Part shown: positions 52,758-64,000 of the stretch, in pieces
Position numbering within the stretch: position 1 is the stretch's first letter
Layout: every line of letters starts with the position of its first letter
NCBI RefSeq assembly: GCF_008831285.2
Contig: NC_045138.2
Coordinates: 24,118,001-24,182,000 of the forward strand
DNA from: Nymphaea colorata
Taxonomy: Eukaryota
DNA: 64,000 bases
Reading direction: 5' to 3'
Made by a program: the position numbers and the translations under genes
Notes under the pieces: generated by a model
The model's input: only the letters and a program-made list of their open reading frames with translations
What the model was told of the DNA's origin: nothing
Database searches by the model: none

Positions 52758-55700
52758 ATGGCATCAACCATGAGAAGGGAGCCGCTGCTGCAGCTTTTGT
52801 TCTTTATTTTGAGTATATGTTCACCAAAAAACACGGCTGCTCAGCCGTTAAAGGCAGAATCAGAAGCGCTTCTCAAGTGGAGAGACAGTCTCCAAGCAGC
52901 CCATGTACTGAATTCTTCTTGGTCGTTCCTCAACTCTAACTATGGCCCCTGCCACTGGGATGGGATAGCTTGCAGCGGTGACAACACGAGTATTGTCAAG
53001 ATAAGTCTTGAAAACCAGCATCTTCAAGGTACGCTCGACCATTTCGACTTTGCTGCCTTCCCAAGTCTTGCATATTTGGATCTTAGAGGTAACAATTTTT
53101 CTGGAAGCATTCCCAATGCTATAGGCAACCTCTCCAAACTTTCCTTTCTTGACATGTCGGTGAATCAGTTTTCTGGCAGCTTACCGGAAAGTATTGCCAA
53201 TCTTAAGAACCTTGTTTCTATAAACATGTCATTCAACTCGCTCACGGGTCCTCTCCCTACTTCTATTGGACAACTACCTAGTCTTGTAAATTTAACCATC
53301 AGTGACAACCTTCTTACTGGTGCCATTCCTCAGACGATAGGAGAGCTTAAAAATCTCAACTTCTTGGACCTTGATACGAACTCACTTACAGGTTCAATTC
53401 CAGCCCAAATTGGAAATCTGTCCAATCTGCAACTTTTGTTCCTTGAGTACAATTTCTTGAGTGGCACCATTCCACCTGAACTATGGAAGCTTAGTAAGCT
53501 CACTCAATTAGACTTGACATCTAACTTTCTTCCAGGTACAATCCCTCCTTCGATAGGTAACATGTCTAATCTTTACTACTTGGCTTTGAACAATAATAGC
53601 CTTTCTGGATCTCTACCTCCGCAGATGAATAATTTCACGAGTCTAGGCTTTTTGTACCTTTCACAAAATAATCTCTCTGGTTCTTTACCATCAGACATAT
53701 GTAAGGGTGGTAAACTCATCCAATTTGCTGCTTTCAACAACCATTTCACTGGACCAATACCAAAAAGCTTGAGGAATTGTACAAGCTTGTCTAGACTTAG
53801 ATTACATGGGAACCAACTTAATGGCAGCATTTCAGAGGCATTTGGATCCTACCCCAACTTGTCCTACATTGACATGAGCAACAATCGATTAACGGGAGCG
53901 CTCTCACAAAACTGGGGCGGATGCCCTAGACTTGAACACTTGGATTTCTCTAACAACCACCTCACTGGCAAGATCCCAAGTTCGATATCCCAAATGGCAC
54001 AATTGATGGAGATAAATATTTCTGCCAATTATTTAACTGGAGAGGTTCCAAGAGGAATAGGGGAACTATCATTCTTGCTGAAGATGGACTTGAGCAACAA
54101 TCAAATTTCAGGGGGCATACCATTTGAGATTGGCAGGTTGACAAAATTGCAGGAACTGGATTTATCATCCAACAACCTCCAAGGACCAATACCTGAGGAG
54201 CTTGGGAATTGTGATGAATTGATTCTATTGAAGGTGAGCAACAACAGCTTAAGCGGAACAATTCCTTTTCAGATAGGAAACTTGGCACAGTTGCAGATAC
54301 TACTAGATCTTAGCAATAACATGCTAATGGGGTCGATACCAGCCCAACTTGGGAAATTAAATTATCTGGAGAGACTCAACCTTTCCCATAACAAGCTTGT
54401 GGGTACAATCCCATCATCTTTGGCAGGAATGCTTAGTTTGACGTCAGTCGATTTGTCCTTTAACAATCTCACGGGGCCTCTTCCAAACAACCCTGCATTT
54501 CTGAATGCTTCAGCAGAATCATTCATAGGTAACCTTGACTTATGTGGAGGACTTGCCTTGCAGCCATGCAAGCCTCCCTCAGTGGGAAAAAGTCATATGA
54601 AAAGTCAAAAATTTTTGTCCATCATTATTCCAGTGGTTGCTGTGCTCATTCTTATATTCCTTCTTATTGGAATTTACAAAGTTTGGCAAAAAGCAATGCA
54701 GAGGCATGACAAAAGAAGCATTCTTGCCGAAACAAACCATGGAAAGGATCTATTTTCTATATGGAACTATGATGGCAAACTTGCTTATGAGGATATTGTC
54801 AGTGCTACAGAGAATTTCAGTGACGAGTATGTTATTGGTAGAGGAGCACATGGTAGCGTTTATAGAGTTGAACTACCCACAGATCAAATTGTGGCTGTCA
54901 AGAAGTTCAATCGGACTGGTAGTGATGTGTTAACAGACATGGACTTCAGAAATGAGATTAAAGCATTGACAGAAGTCCGCCACAGGAACATAGTCAAGCT
55001 CTATGGATTCTGTAAGCATCCTCAATGCTCATTCTTGGTGTATGAATACATAGAGAGAGGAAGCTTGGCAAGCATACTAAGCAGCAACAAAGAGGCTGAA
55101 AGTTTAGACTGGGCAAAAAGGGTGAACATCATAACTGGTGTTGCCGATGCTTTGTCATACATGCATCATGACCATTCAGTTCCAGTAATCCATCGGGACA
55201 TCTCTAGCAAGAACATTTTGTTATATCCCGATTTCAGTGCATGCATTTCAGACTTTGGAACAGCTAGACTACTGAACCCAGATTCATCAAATTGGACTGG
55301 CCTTGCAGGGACACACGGCTACATGGCACCAGGTACGCACAAGAATTTTTTGAACATGCATCGATTTTTGCTTTATAGTGGTCTTACCCCATTAGATCCA
55401 CCAATAAACTTAGTTTGTTTTTTGCGTGGTTGCTAACTAAAGATGACTGCTTTACTGCAGAGTTGGCATATACCATGAGAGTAACAGAGAAGTGTGATGT
55501 CTACAGCTTTGGGGTGGTAGCTCTTGAAATTCTGATGGGAAGGCACCCAGGGGAACTATTATCATCTTTGGTTATTCTCACAAGGCAAGAACTTGATGTA
55601 AAGCTCAGGGATATGCTGGACCAACGAATAGCAGCTCCAGGGGACCAGCAAGAAGCAGAGATGGTGGCTGCTGTAGCCAAGCTTGCAGTCATGTGCATAG

Positions 55701-55825
55701 ACATGAAACCGGAATCACGGCCTACAATGCGCTCTGTTTCTCTGCATCTTTCCTCTCCCAGCAGAAAGCATTATTTGTTCAAAGCCTTACAAGAGAATCA
55801 CTCAAACAGATACGATGCATCATGA
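52758..55825 (+). CDS. LRR receptor-like kinase, MIK2-like, about 979 aa; exons 52758-55332 and 55461-55825 (alternative ATG 52770)
   Basis: Same architecture and intron position as 44286-47878; intact kinase motifs [35 protein letters not shown]. Confidence 0.95.
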
Positions 55826-55889
55826 GAATGTACAAAACCTCATTGTCCCATTTGAGTAGGCCGGGTAGCCTCGTCCAGGTGAATGTTGC

Positions 55890-57370
55890 AAAAACAGTGA
55901 TTACACACTCCCAGAATTTTACCTCTTCAAAATCGGGGCATTTGCCTCTCCAAGTAGGTGTAGTGCTTGAATTCGAGGATTTGCAGTAAATGATTGAAAT
56001 GGTTCGTAAATTGACGAAAAAATGCTTGTTAATTTCATGATGTGAGAAGTAGTAATGATAAAAAAAAAAAAAATTCAGTTGTGCATTATTTTTTCCTTAA
56101 ATTTTTTGACATGTTTACGATACTAAAATTTGACAAAATGGTTTAACAAAATTAACGATACATATTTCAGAAATGAGGTTGCTCATTTTCACGAATCGTT
56201 TTAAGAATGCAACATACCGCAGGTTTGAATCGGACCTCCCGTTAATGAAATCAGAAAAGAAGCTTCAAATCTAACTAACAACTGAATTTGAGTTGGTTGC
56301 ATATTTGATTCTAACAAACATCCCAATCCAATTAGATGCAATCATTCAAATTGATTGTGCATTTCATAGGAAACCAAATCCCAACAAGCAGCATGTGATC
56401 AGTTAAATCAAATGATTCAGAACCAATTTTTAGTTGTCTGTGCAAATGTCCTTTTCCAACATTTATTAAAAAAATTAGGTCACACCTACCAATGGGTGGA
56501 GCGAGTGGGCAAGATCTTCGTATATGGTACCCATATGGGCGGCGCATACCCCCACATGCGAGGCAGTTGGTCAAACCTCGAGCTCACGGAAATGGAAATT
56601 GGAGCTCCTATTGGCACCACCAACCCATGACGTAAGCTTGTCGGTCTCAAGAGTCGGCCTAATTGATTGGATCAACAAAGCCACCTTTTCTGCTTTTTGT
56701 AAAATTTGTCGTATCTTGTGAAATACATATTCCAAATTTATATAAAAAATGACACTTTAAATTGCATATTTTGTAACATTTTTAAGGACCATTGGTTGGA
56801 ACGTTTTTGCTACCCAAGATTGCTCCAAAAAGATATCCGTCCTCATTAGCCTATAAAATGGAGAGACGGTTCCGCCTACAAGAAGATATCGGTCCTTATT
56901 AGCTGGTAAGTGCTCATATTAATCAACTCCCTTCGCTCTTGAGATCTACACTCCGGTTACCGGAAAATCGTGAGTGGCCGCCCTTCCACCTTTCGGAAGC
57001 CCGGCAGCCGCGGGCTTCGGCCTTCCCACAACGCTGCAAACATCATAGTCTCAAACAAGGAGGAATTTCCATTATAAAAAAAGATTCTCAGTATTAATCG
57101 AGCAGGATGATGGTTACTTTTTTTTTTTTTCTTTTTTTTCCTCTTACCAGCTTGTTGAGGCCTCAAACACAAACAGTATCACTCTCCCCCCCCAAAAGCG
57201 TCGTTCTAGTAAGGATTTGGAGACATTAGTGGCTTCCTGGGCATGTTTATAGTTGCCATGTTTTTACTTTTCAGTTTTATCTAAGCTATTATTGAGAAAG
57301 AAAATGTTAAAATTACATTTCCATGCCTTCCCAAATTCACGGAATCACAGTAATTGCAGAAAGGCAGGCA
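55890..57370 (+). pseudogene. Shortened duplicate of 59756-62466: upstream region plus BURP exon-1 end, intron 1, exon-2 start and intron-2 relic (56880-57370)
   Basis: 55890-56790 matches 59756-61140. ctggtaagtgctc, intron 1 and ccag|cttgttgaggcc at 56903-57178 match 61861-62162; no ATG and no exon 3. Confidence 0.85.
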
Positions 57371-57802
57371 GTTCGGAGTGGGGGGCGCATGCCCCCACAC
57401 GCAAACATATGCAGATTTTTAAACACTTTTCAACACCATCACTATATTAATTTGTGATGTAGTTATTTTAATTAGTAAATCGCCTATATGGCCCTCTATA
57501 AACAAAGGCATCACCGTATGTGTTAATTTGATTTGAAATTGGTTACAAGTAGTCAACTTGACAATGCTCGCAGAGAAAAGATGAGAACCAAATGTCCTCT
57601 TGGGTTTCTGGGACCTTGTTATTCGTCACCAGTGAAGGCGGCACGCTCTATGATCAATTACACAAAATTGATGTTTACGTTGAATACCCAACTAACATAA
57701 GAAAATGTCCTGGTATGTGATCTTAAGATCCAAGGCCTTCTCCAGAAGTTTGACGGGTTCCAGAGAGAACAGAGTCTCTGGTTCTTTGATCACTATGTGC
57801 TA

Positions 57803-58053
57803 TTCCCATTTCGATGACAGAATACAGAGATAGATATTCCATCCCAGCGGCGAAATCTATTGGCATGATTTTCCCCATTTCGATGACAGAATACAGAGAC
57901 TGATCTCCCATCCCAGCGGCGAAATCTAATGGCATGATTTTCCAATTTCGATGACAGAATACAGAGACAGATCTTCCATCCCAGCGGCGAAATCTAATGG
58001 CATGATTTTCCCATTTTGATGACAGAATACAGAGACTGATCTTCCATCCCAGC
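57803..58053. repeat. Minisatellite, about 3.6 copies of a 68-69 bp unit
   Basis: gatgacagaatacagaga recurs at 57813, 57882, 57950 and 58018. Confidence 0.95.
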
Positions 58054-59669
58054 TTCCCTCCCTTTTCCAAGTTTTCCATATTGACCGTCCACTTCTTGTT
58101 TGGGACATCGATCTTGGGGTTGACGACCATTGATCAGTTGATTAGTTCACACCGACTGTCAAATTAATTTGACAGAAGAAGTTGCTTTTGCCTTTTCATT
58201 TGAGAACGAATTCGGACATACGCAAAGACTATTGAGCAATTTACTTGTAAGAACAAGATTTTAGATGTGGGGTGATTAACTTGTCATATTTGGAGAAAAG
58301 ATATTGAACATGTCTTCTGTATACGTCATGACAAAGAAAGAACAATAAATAGAGAAATTTACAAGTAACCGCTCAATCCTTTGACACATTTATAAATCAA
58401 CGAACATCGGGGGTGGTTCAATCCCATGCTCAAAGTAAAGAGACAGACCGGCTCCTACCCAGGGGCGGAGAAGTGTGGGCAACTGCCAAAACGATACAAG
58501 GATGATCCAGGTTTATGTTTTGCTTTCAAGTTTAACAGGAAATGGCGTAGGTCTTTTTTCTCAAATTATTCCATAAATTGATAAATAAGACGCCACAAGG
58601 TTGAAACGTAACATGTATCGGTAAATACACGATACTGTTGGGCACGCAGCATTGACATTGATTTTTGTAGCAACGCCAAACTGCCAGAGCAAAATACTGT
58701 CAGTCCACCAGTCCTCCCCCCAACCAATGCATAGTAAAATGATCTTTCACAGCAGTCGAGAATAAAGGAGGAGAAACCAGAACAGAGAGAGCTGGGATCT
58801 GTCTTGTGCCCAGAAAACTGACGTTACTGCGCATTAAAATGCTTAGGTTCAGCCATTTCCAGCAATCGCTTAACAATAACTGTAATTCGTTGTTGTTGAA
58901 AAGATTCATACCCTATTAAAGTGCGTCGTTCATGCATCATTGATGTCGCAGCACACGCCTTTTTGGGTCGCCTGGTTCAAAACGACAACCACATGCTATT
59001 GTGTAGAGTTGGAGTTGGCATGAAAGAATAGAGATGCTTTCAAGAACATTGAAATATTAGGACTAACTTGACAAAATCAACTAAAATTCTAACATTTTAG
59101 ATTCTGATTAATTGCATCCCGATGCATATGATGTAGTAAAGCAAATTTGAACTGATCAATGGTGGGCCATTAAGCAAATTGTTGTATTAGAAAATTTTTA
59201 AAAAAAAATGAAATTTTAATGTATTTTTCTTCGTATGAAAATGGGGCTGGATCGATTGCTTGTATGAAAGGGCTGCGAAGGTGAGAGGGGCTCGCAATGT
59301 GAGACTCATTATCTCTTTAATTTCTTCTCAAAGGAAAAGCAAACAAGGGCTATTTAGGCTTCTTAAAGTCTTCTGATAGGTGGCCTTGTTACTTCTTCAT
59401 GTTGTTGTTAAAGCCGACTTCGTCATTTAAGGGAGGGCATTTTCTTCATTAAGAACCCAATTACATGTTAATTTATTGAGTGAGACGTAATCAATAATGT
59501 TGAGTTTTCATGGCCTCTGTTTATGTGACTTGTTCAAAACTCGTCCTCATGCCTTACTCCCCATCTCATTTGCCATTGGCTTATCACCGACATTTTCAGG
59601 TTACAAACAACATTGTGAATAATATTCAGAACATTTTAATATTTTTCATCACCATTATATATATATACA

Positions 59670-59745
59670 AAGGCCCGGTCATCATAAATGCTTATTGGAA
59701 GAAGGTTCTCTCTTCAACATTCTACATGGTGGCGGCCATAGCGAC
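59670..59745 (+). pseudogene. Possible highly diverged BURP exon-2 relic
   Basis: Translates GPVIINAYWKKVLSSTFYMVAAIA, resembling ALTIKAYWNDVFPSTPMPNAIQ of copy 5. Confidence 0.45.
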
Positions 59746-61807
59746 AACCATGTAAAAACAGTAATTACACACTCCCAGAATTTTACCTCTTCACAAGTGG
59801 GGCATTTTCCTTTCCAAGTAGGTCTGGTGCTTGAATTAGAGGATTTGCACAAATGATTGAAATGGTTCGGATATTGAAGAAATGATGCTTGTTAAATTTC
59901 ATGATGAGAGAAGTAGTAACGGCAAAAAATTATCGGTTATGCATATTCTTTTTCCTAAGTTTTTTGACATATTTACGATACTAAATTAGACAAAATGGTT
60001 GAACAAAATTAAATATTTCAGAAATGAAGCTGCTCATTTTCACGAACCGTTTTAAGAATGCAACGTACCACAGGTTTGAATCGGACCTCCCGTTAATGAA
60101 ATCAGAAGGGAAACTTCAACTCTAACGAACAACTGAATTTGAGTTGGTTGCACATTCCATTCTAACAAACATCCCAATCCATTTAGATGTAATAATTGAA
60201 ATTCATTGTTCATTTCATAGGAATCCAAATCCGAACAAGCAGCATGTGACCAGTTAAAATCACATGATTCTGAACCCTGTTTTAGTCGTCTGCCATTTTG
60301 GATTCTTTCGCGCTCATGACCTAAATAAAAATCTGTTAAAGGCAAAAGCAAAAGAATGGACTTATGCATGGTGACCCTGTTTTAGTTGTCTGCCATTTGG
60401 GATTATTTCGTGGATATGCGTGCTCATATTTGTAGACATAAACACATATAAGAACATCTTTTCCTTTGTGCTAAAGACCTTACCATCTTCAAAAGAACCG
60501 AGCCGTTGAAAGTTTTTTTCACAGCAGTACAGAGGATTGACGGACATGCCACACTGCCAGCATATAATTTTTTTGGCTCTCGCCGTCGCCACACCCAAGC
60601 AGTTCCAACAACCCTCCAAAAGATTTGTAATTTGTCCTTTCTCAACCACTATTATTAGAAAAGGAAGCATTGTCGGGAACGGGAGAATGTGCGGAACCAC
60701 ACCTCGAGTGAGCCCAACTTGCGGCTTTGTCGATCTTGGTATCTGTCGTTTTTGGTTAGTGTTCAACGAATTGAAAATCTTTCCAATGTCTTCTTCCAAT
60801 GGGTGGAGCGAGTGGGTCTGCATGGCAACATGTTTATTCAGAGGCAGGCGCAGAAAGAAAGTCATTAATAGAGTTTACATGGTTCATGATCTTCCTATGG
60901 TTAACCATGGGGGGGGGGGAGGCACTTGGTCAAACCTCGCGCTCACGGAAATGGAAATTGGAGCATCTACTGACACCACGAACCCAGGACGTAAGCTTGT
61001 CGCTCTCATGAGTAGGCCTAGTTGATTGGATCAACCAGCCACAATCAATCGTTTTCTTCTTTTGTAAAATCTGTCGTGTCTTTTAAGATACATATTCCAA
61101 ATTCATATAAAAATGACATTTTAAGTTGAATTTTTGGTAAAGCTATCCAAGATCGTGAAGTGGATCTGTGGGAGAGCAGAAGCGAATGGAATATTGGCCC
61201 TTATAAAACGATTTTTCACCATGAAATAAAGGAACGCATGATTGACGTTTAGATTGACCCTTATAAAGGAACATCTTCATAACTGTCGTGAGAAATTGAT
61301 CGATCCTTAGCTCTTCCTTCCGCAGAGATGTTAGCTTGTCAAGATTCGCTTCGCCTTCCTCCATCCGGAAGACCACATGCTCCACCAGCAGCCACATTAC
61401 TCATGTTGAAATCCACTCACCATCTTTTTCCAATCGTGAAAGGGAGTATCAGCCGAACCTTTTTCAAATAAGGGTTTTCTCCTTGGCTGGAAATTTCCAG
61501 CTTCACAAATCAAAATGGTCCAAAATGTAAAATTGCTTGACTCACGTCGTCTACCTAACATGGACTGACGCATTGACCCGCCGCCCTCATTCCGTCAGCG
61601 GCCATGGAAAGTATGAATTTAATGAACCGAGTACCTCACTTATCATATCTTTCGCGATATTTTCAGGATATAAACAACACTGTGAACAACGTTTAGATAT
61701 AATTATCAGGCCGAAAAAAAAAAAATAAGAAGAAGATATCGGTCCGGTCCTTATTAGCCCATAATCTCCATAGAGACGATTATTTGAGTTAGGGCCAGCT
61801 TACTACA

Positions 61808-63755
61808 ATGGGCTGCTGGATTTCATTCTTCTCACTCTCAACTCTCCTCCAACTCTCCTCCTGGTAAGTGCTCCTATTCATTTACTCCTTTCGGTCATGA
61901 GATCTACACTCCGGTTTTACGTACCGTAAAATCGCAAGTGGCCGCCCTTCCACCTACCGGAAGCCCGGCAGCCGCGGGCTTCGGCCTTCCCACAACCGCT
62001 GCAAACACCATGGTCTCAAACAAGGAGGAATTTCCATTATCAAAAAAGATTATCAGTATTAATCCAACTCGAATGGGAGCATATCTGGTGGATGATGGTT
62101 GTTTCCTTTTTTATTTTTTCCCCCCTCTTACCAGCTTGTTGAGGCCACAAACACAAACAGTAGTAGCGCTCTCACTATAAAAGCTTACTGGAATGACGTC
62201 TTCCCTAGCACTCCCATGCCCAATGCCATTCAAGCTCTCCTACCATCCTCTTCAAAGATAAGAGGTACTTTCTTTTTCTCTCTCTCTCCCAAAAGCGTCG
62301 ATCTAGTAAGGATTTGGAGAAATTAGTGGTTTCTTGGGAATGTTTATAGTTGCCCTTTTCTTACATTTTCATTTCTATCGAAGCTATTATTTAGAAGAAA
62401 ATTTTAAAATAACATTTCTACGCCTTTCAAAATTCACGGAATTACAGTGCTTGCAGAAAGGCAGGCATGCACTCATGTTAGTTCCTAGCGTTTGTAGAAT
62501 GGGGAGCCTTGTGAGCCGAGACGGGCTCACTGGAGGCATATTATCAAATCAGAAAAGAAAATTCAAATCTAACTAACAACCGACTGGAATTGCAGTATAT
62601 GTGGTTTTGACGACTGTTTCCCTTCCAATCTTTGCGGCTCGTTGGGGCCACAAACCAAAGAACACGTTTTTAAAGTTTTTTTTTGGTGTTTTTTCACTAT
62701 TTTTTCAAAATTTTTAAAGCCAAACAGTTTTTTTTTTTTTTTTTAATTATTACAAATCTACTTATCTTTTGATGTTTGTGTTATTAGTTTCTCACTTATT
62801 TTAATTATTTTAAAATTTTAAAAAATTTTGTATTTTTTTCTCTTTTTGCTTTCTTCAAAGTCACTACTGAGAGCAACAGTTTAAAACTTTGAGATGTCAT
62901 TTGTGATATATATATTAAGAAATAAGATTGAACAGCGAGCCTTTTTCAATTACTACTGCAGGAGTTGGTTCTGGACCAAGTATTCGCTGGGGTGAAAGGT
63001 GGGGTGTGTTGGGGCACAACCACGATCAGTCTAAGCGTAATTGGTCACCGAACCTTGCACCTCTATATTTCTTAAGGGACGACCTCCACCCTGGTAGCAA
63101 GATGAACGTCACCATAATGATCAGCCCGACAATGGTAGATGGTTCTAAAGGTGGTATCAGCATTGAGCCAACCTTCTTGCCACGCCAACAAGCTCAAGCA
63201 ATTCCCTTCTCCACCTCCAATCTCACTACCATCCTTAAGACGTTCTCCATTCAACCCCACTCTGAGTACGCATCTTTTACAAGGCAAACGCTTCAAGATT
63301 GTGAGGGGCCTGCACTTAAAGGAGAAGTTAAGTACTGTGCAACATCTCTGGAATCCATGATCGATTTCGTTGTCGCAGAACTCGGAAGCCGTGAGATTCA
63401 TGCAGTCGTCACTTCCGTTGTTAACAAAGAGGAGAAGGTGAAGGCGAGGACTTACAGAGTAGGTGATGGAGGGGGGAAAGTGATGTCTTCCAAAGTTGTG
63501 ACATGCCACGACGTCACGTTTCCTTATGCCGTCTTCTACTGCCACAATTTCCAGGGCACAAGGCCATACATGGTTCCATTGATTGCTGATGATGGTAGCC
63601 GAGTAAACGCCATTGCTTTGTGCCATTTTGATACATCAAATTGGAACCCTGGACACGCGAGCTTCCGGTTGCTGGGTGTGAAACCGGGAACTGTTCCCAT
63701 TTGCCACTTCATTCTAAAGGATCTCGCCTGGGTGACCTTCACGCTACCTCCTTAG
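61808..63755 (+). CDS. BURP-domain protein, copy 5: exons 61808-61863, 62135-62264, 62962-63755; 11-bp tandem duplication in exon 1 shifts the frame
   Basis: Exon 1 is 56 nt versus 45 in copy 4 and contains CAACTCTCCTC twice. Exon 2 (LVEATNTNSSSALTIKAYWNDVFPSTPMPNAIQALLP) and exon 3 are open, with CATSLESMIDF and four CH motifs. Confidence 0.85.
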
Positions 63756-64000
63756 TATGCGCCGGCTGTGTCCTAACCGGGGAAGCCACATGTGAGCTTA
63801 TGTGGGCAGTTGCCTACACAGTTTCACGTAATCTATTTATTTATATATTAGTTAGTCTCATTTATTTGCATACTAATTTTATATAATAATATTCGTGCAC
63901 CTCAAATATTATTTGCTTATTATCTACGGTGCCCTTGATTCATTTTATTATGTATTGGTTGCGATGACCATGTGGGCAAGTCTGTTTGTCTTCCTTTATT

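Noticed and set aside
44286..55825. Self-incompatibility (S-locus) receptor-ligand pair
   Set aside because: The receptors are LRR-type rather than S-domain, no SCR-like Cys-rich ORF was seen, and the sequence gives no haplotype evidence.
57803..58053. CRISPR-like array
   Set aside because: Plant context, whole units are repeated, and there are no unique spacers or cas genes.
39871..63755. Known burpitide cores (QPxGxxxW lyciumin, QLLVWRxH moroidin) or repeated cores in the BURPs
   Set aside because: No such motif or internal repeat is present; only the non-canonical Trp segments reported above.

Overview
Flowering-plant nuclear DNA with spliceosomal introns, in three parts. (1) 1-2.7 kb: the last two exons of a PHD-finger-family gene. 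(2) 6.5-33.4 kb: a transposon nest. A Ty3/Gypsy solo LTR (6459-14477) is interrupted by a 4.8-kb non-autonomous hAT-type element (7241-12060, TIRs plus 8-bp TSD) that carries the intron-containing 5' end of a TBC/RabGAP gene. A degenerate Copia is nested in another Copia. A chromovirus-type Ty3 has the unusual order internal-LTR-internal and runs into a 100-N gap (33423-33522). (3) 33.5-64 kb: a mixed tandem cluster of two intact MIK2-like LRR receptor kinases and about eight copies or relics of an RD22-like BURP-domain gene, all on the + strand. The three best BURP copies keep all four CH metal-binding motifs and have a hypervariable, Trp-bearing segment just before the domain. Every BURP copy carries its own frame-breaking lesion in this assembly. 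The leading hypothesis (inference only) is a linked BURP peptide cyclase/cyclic peptide plus peptide-receptor-kinase locus. All alignments were done by eye; no database searches were run.
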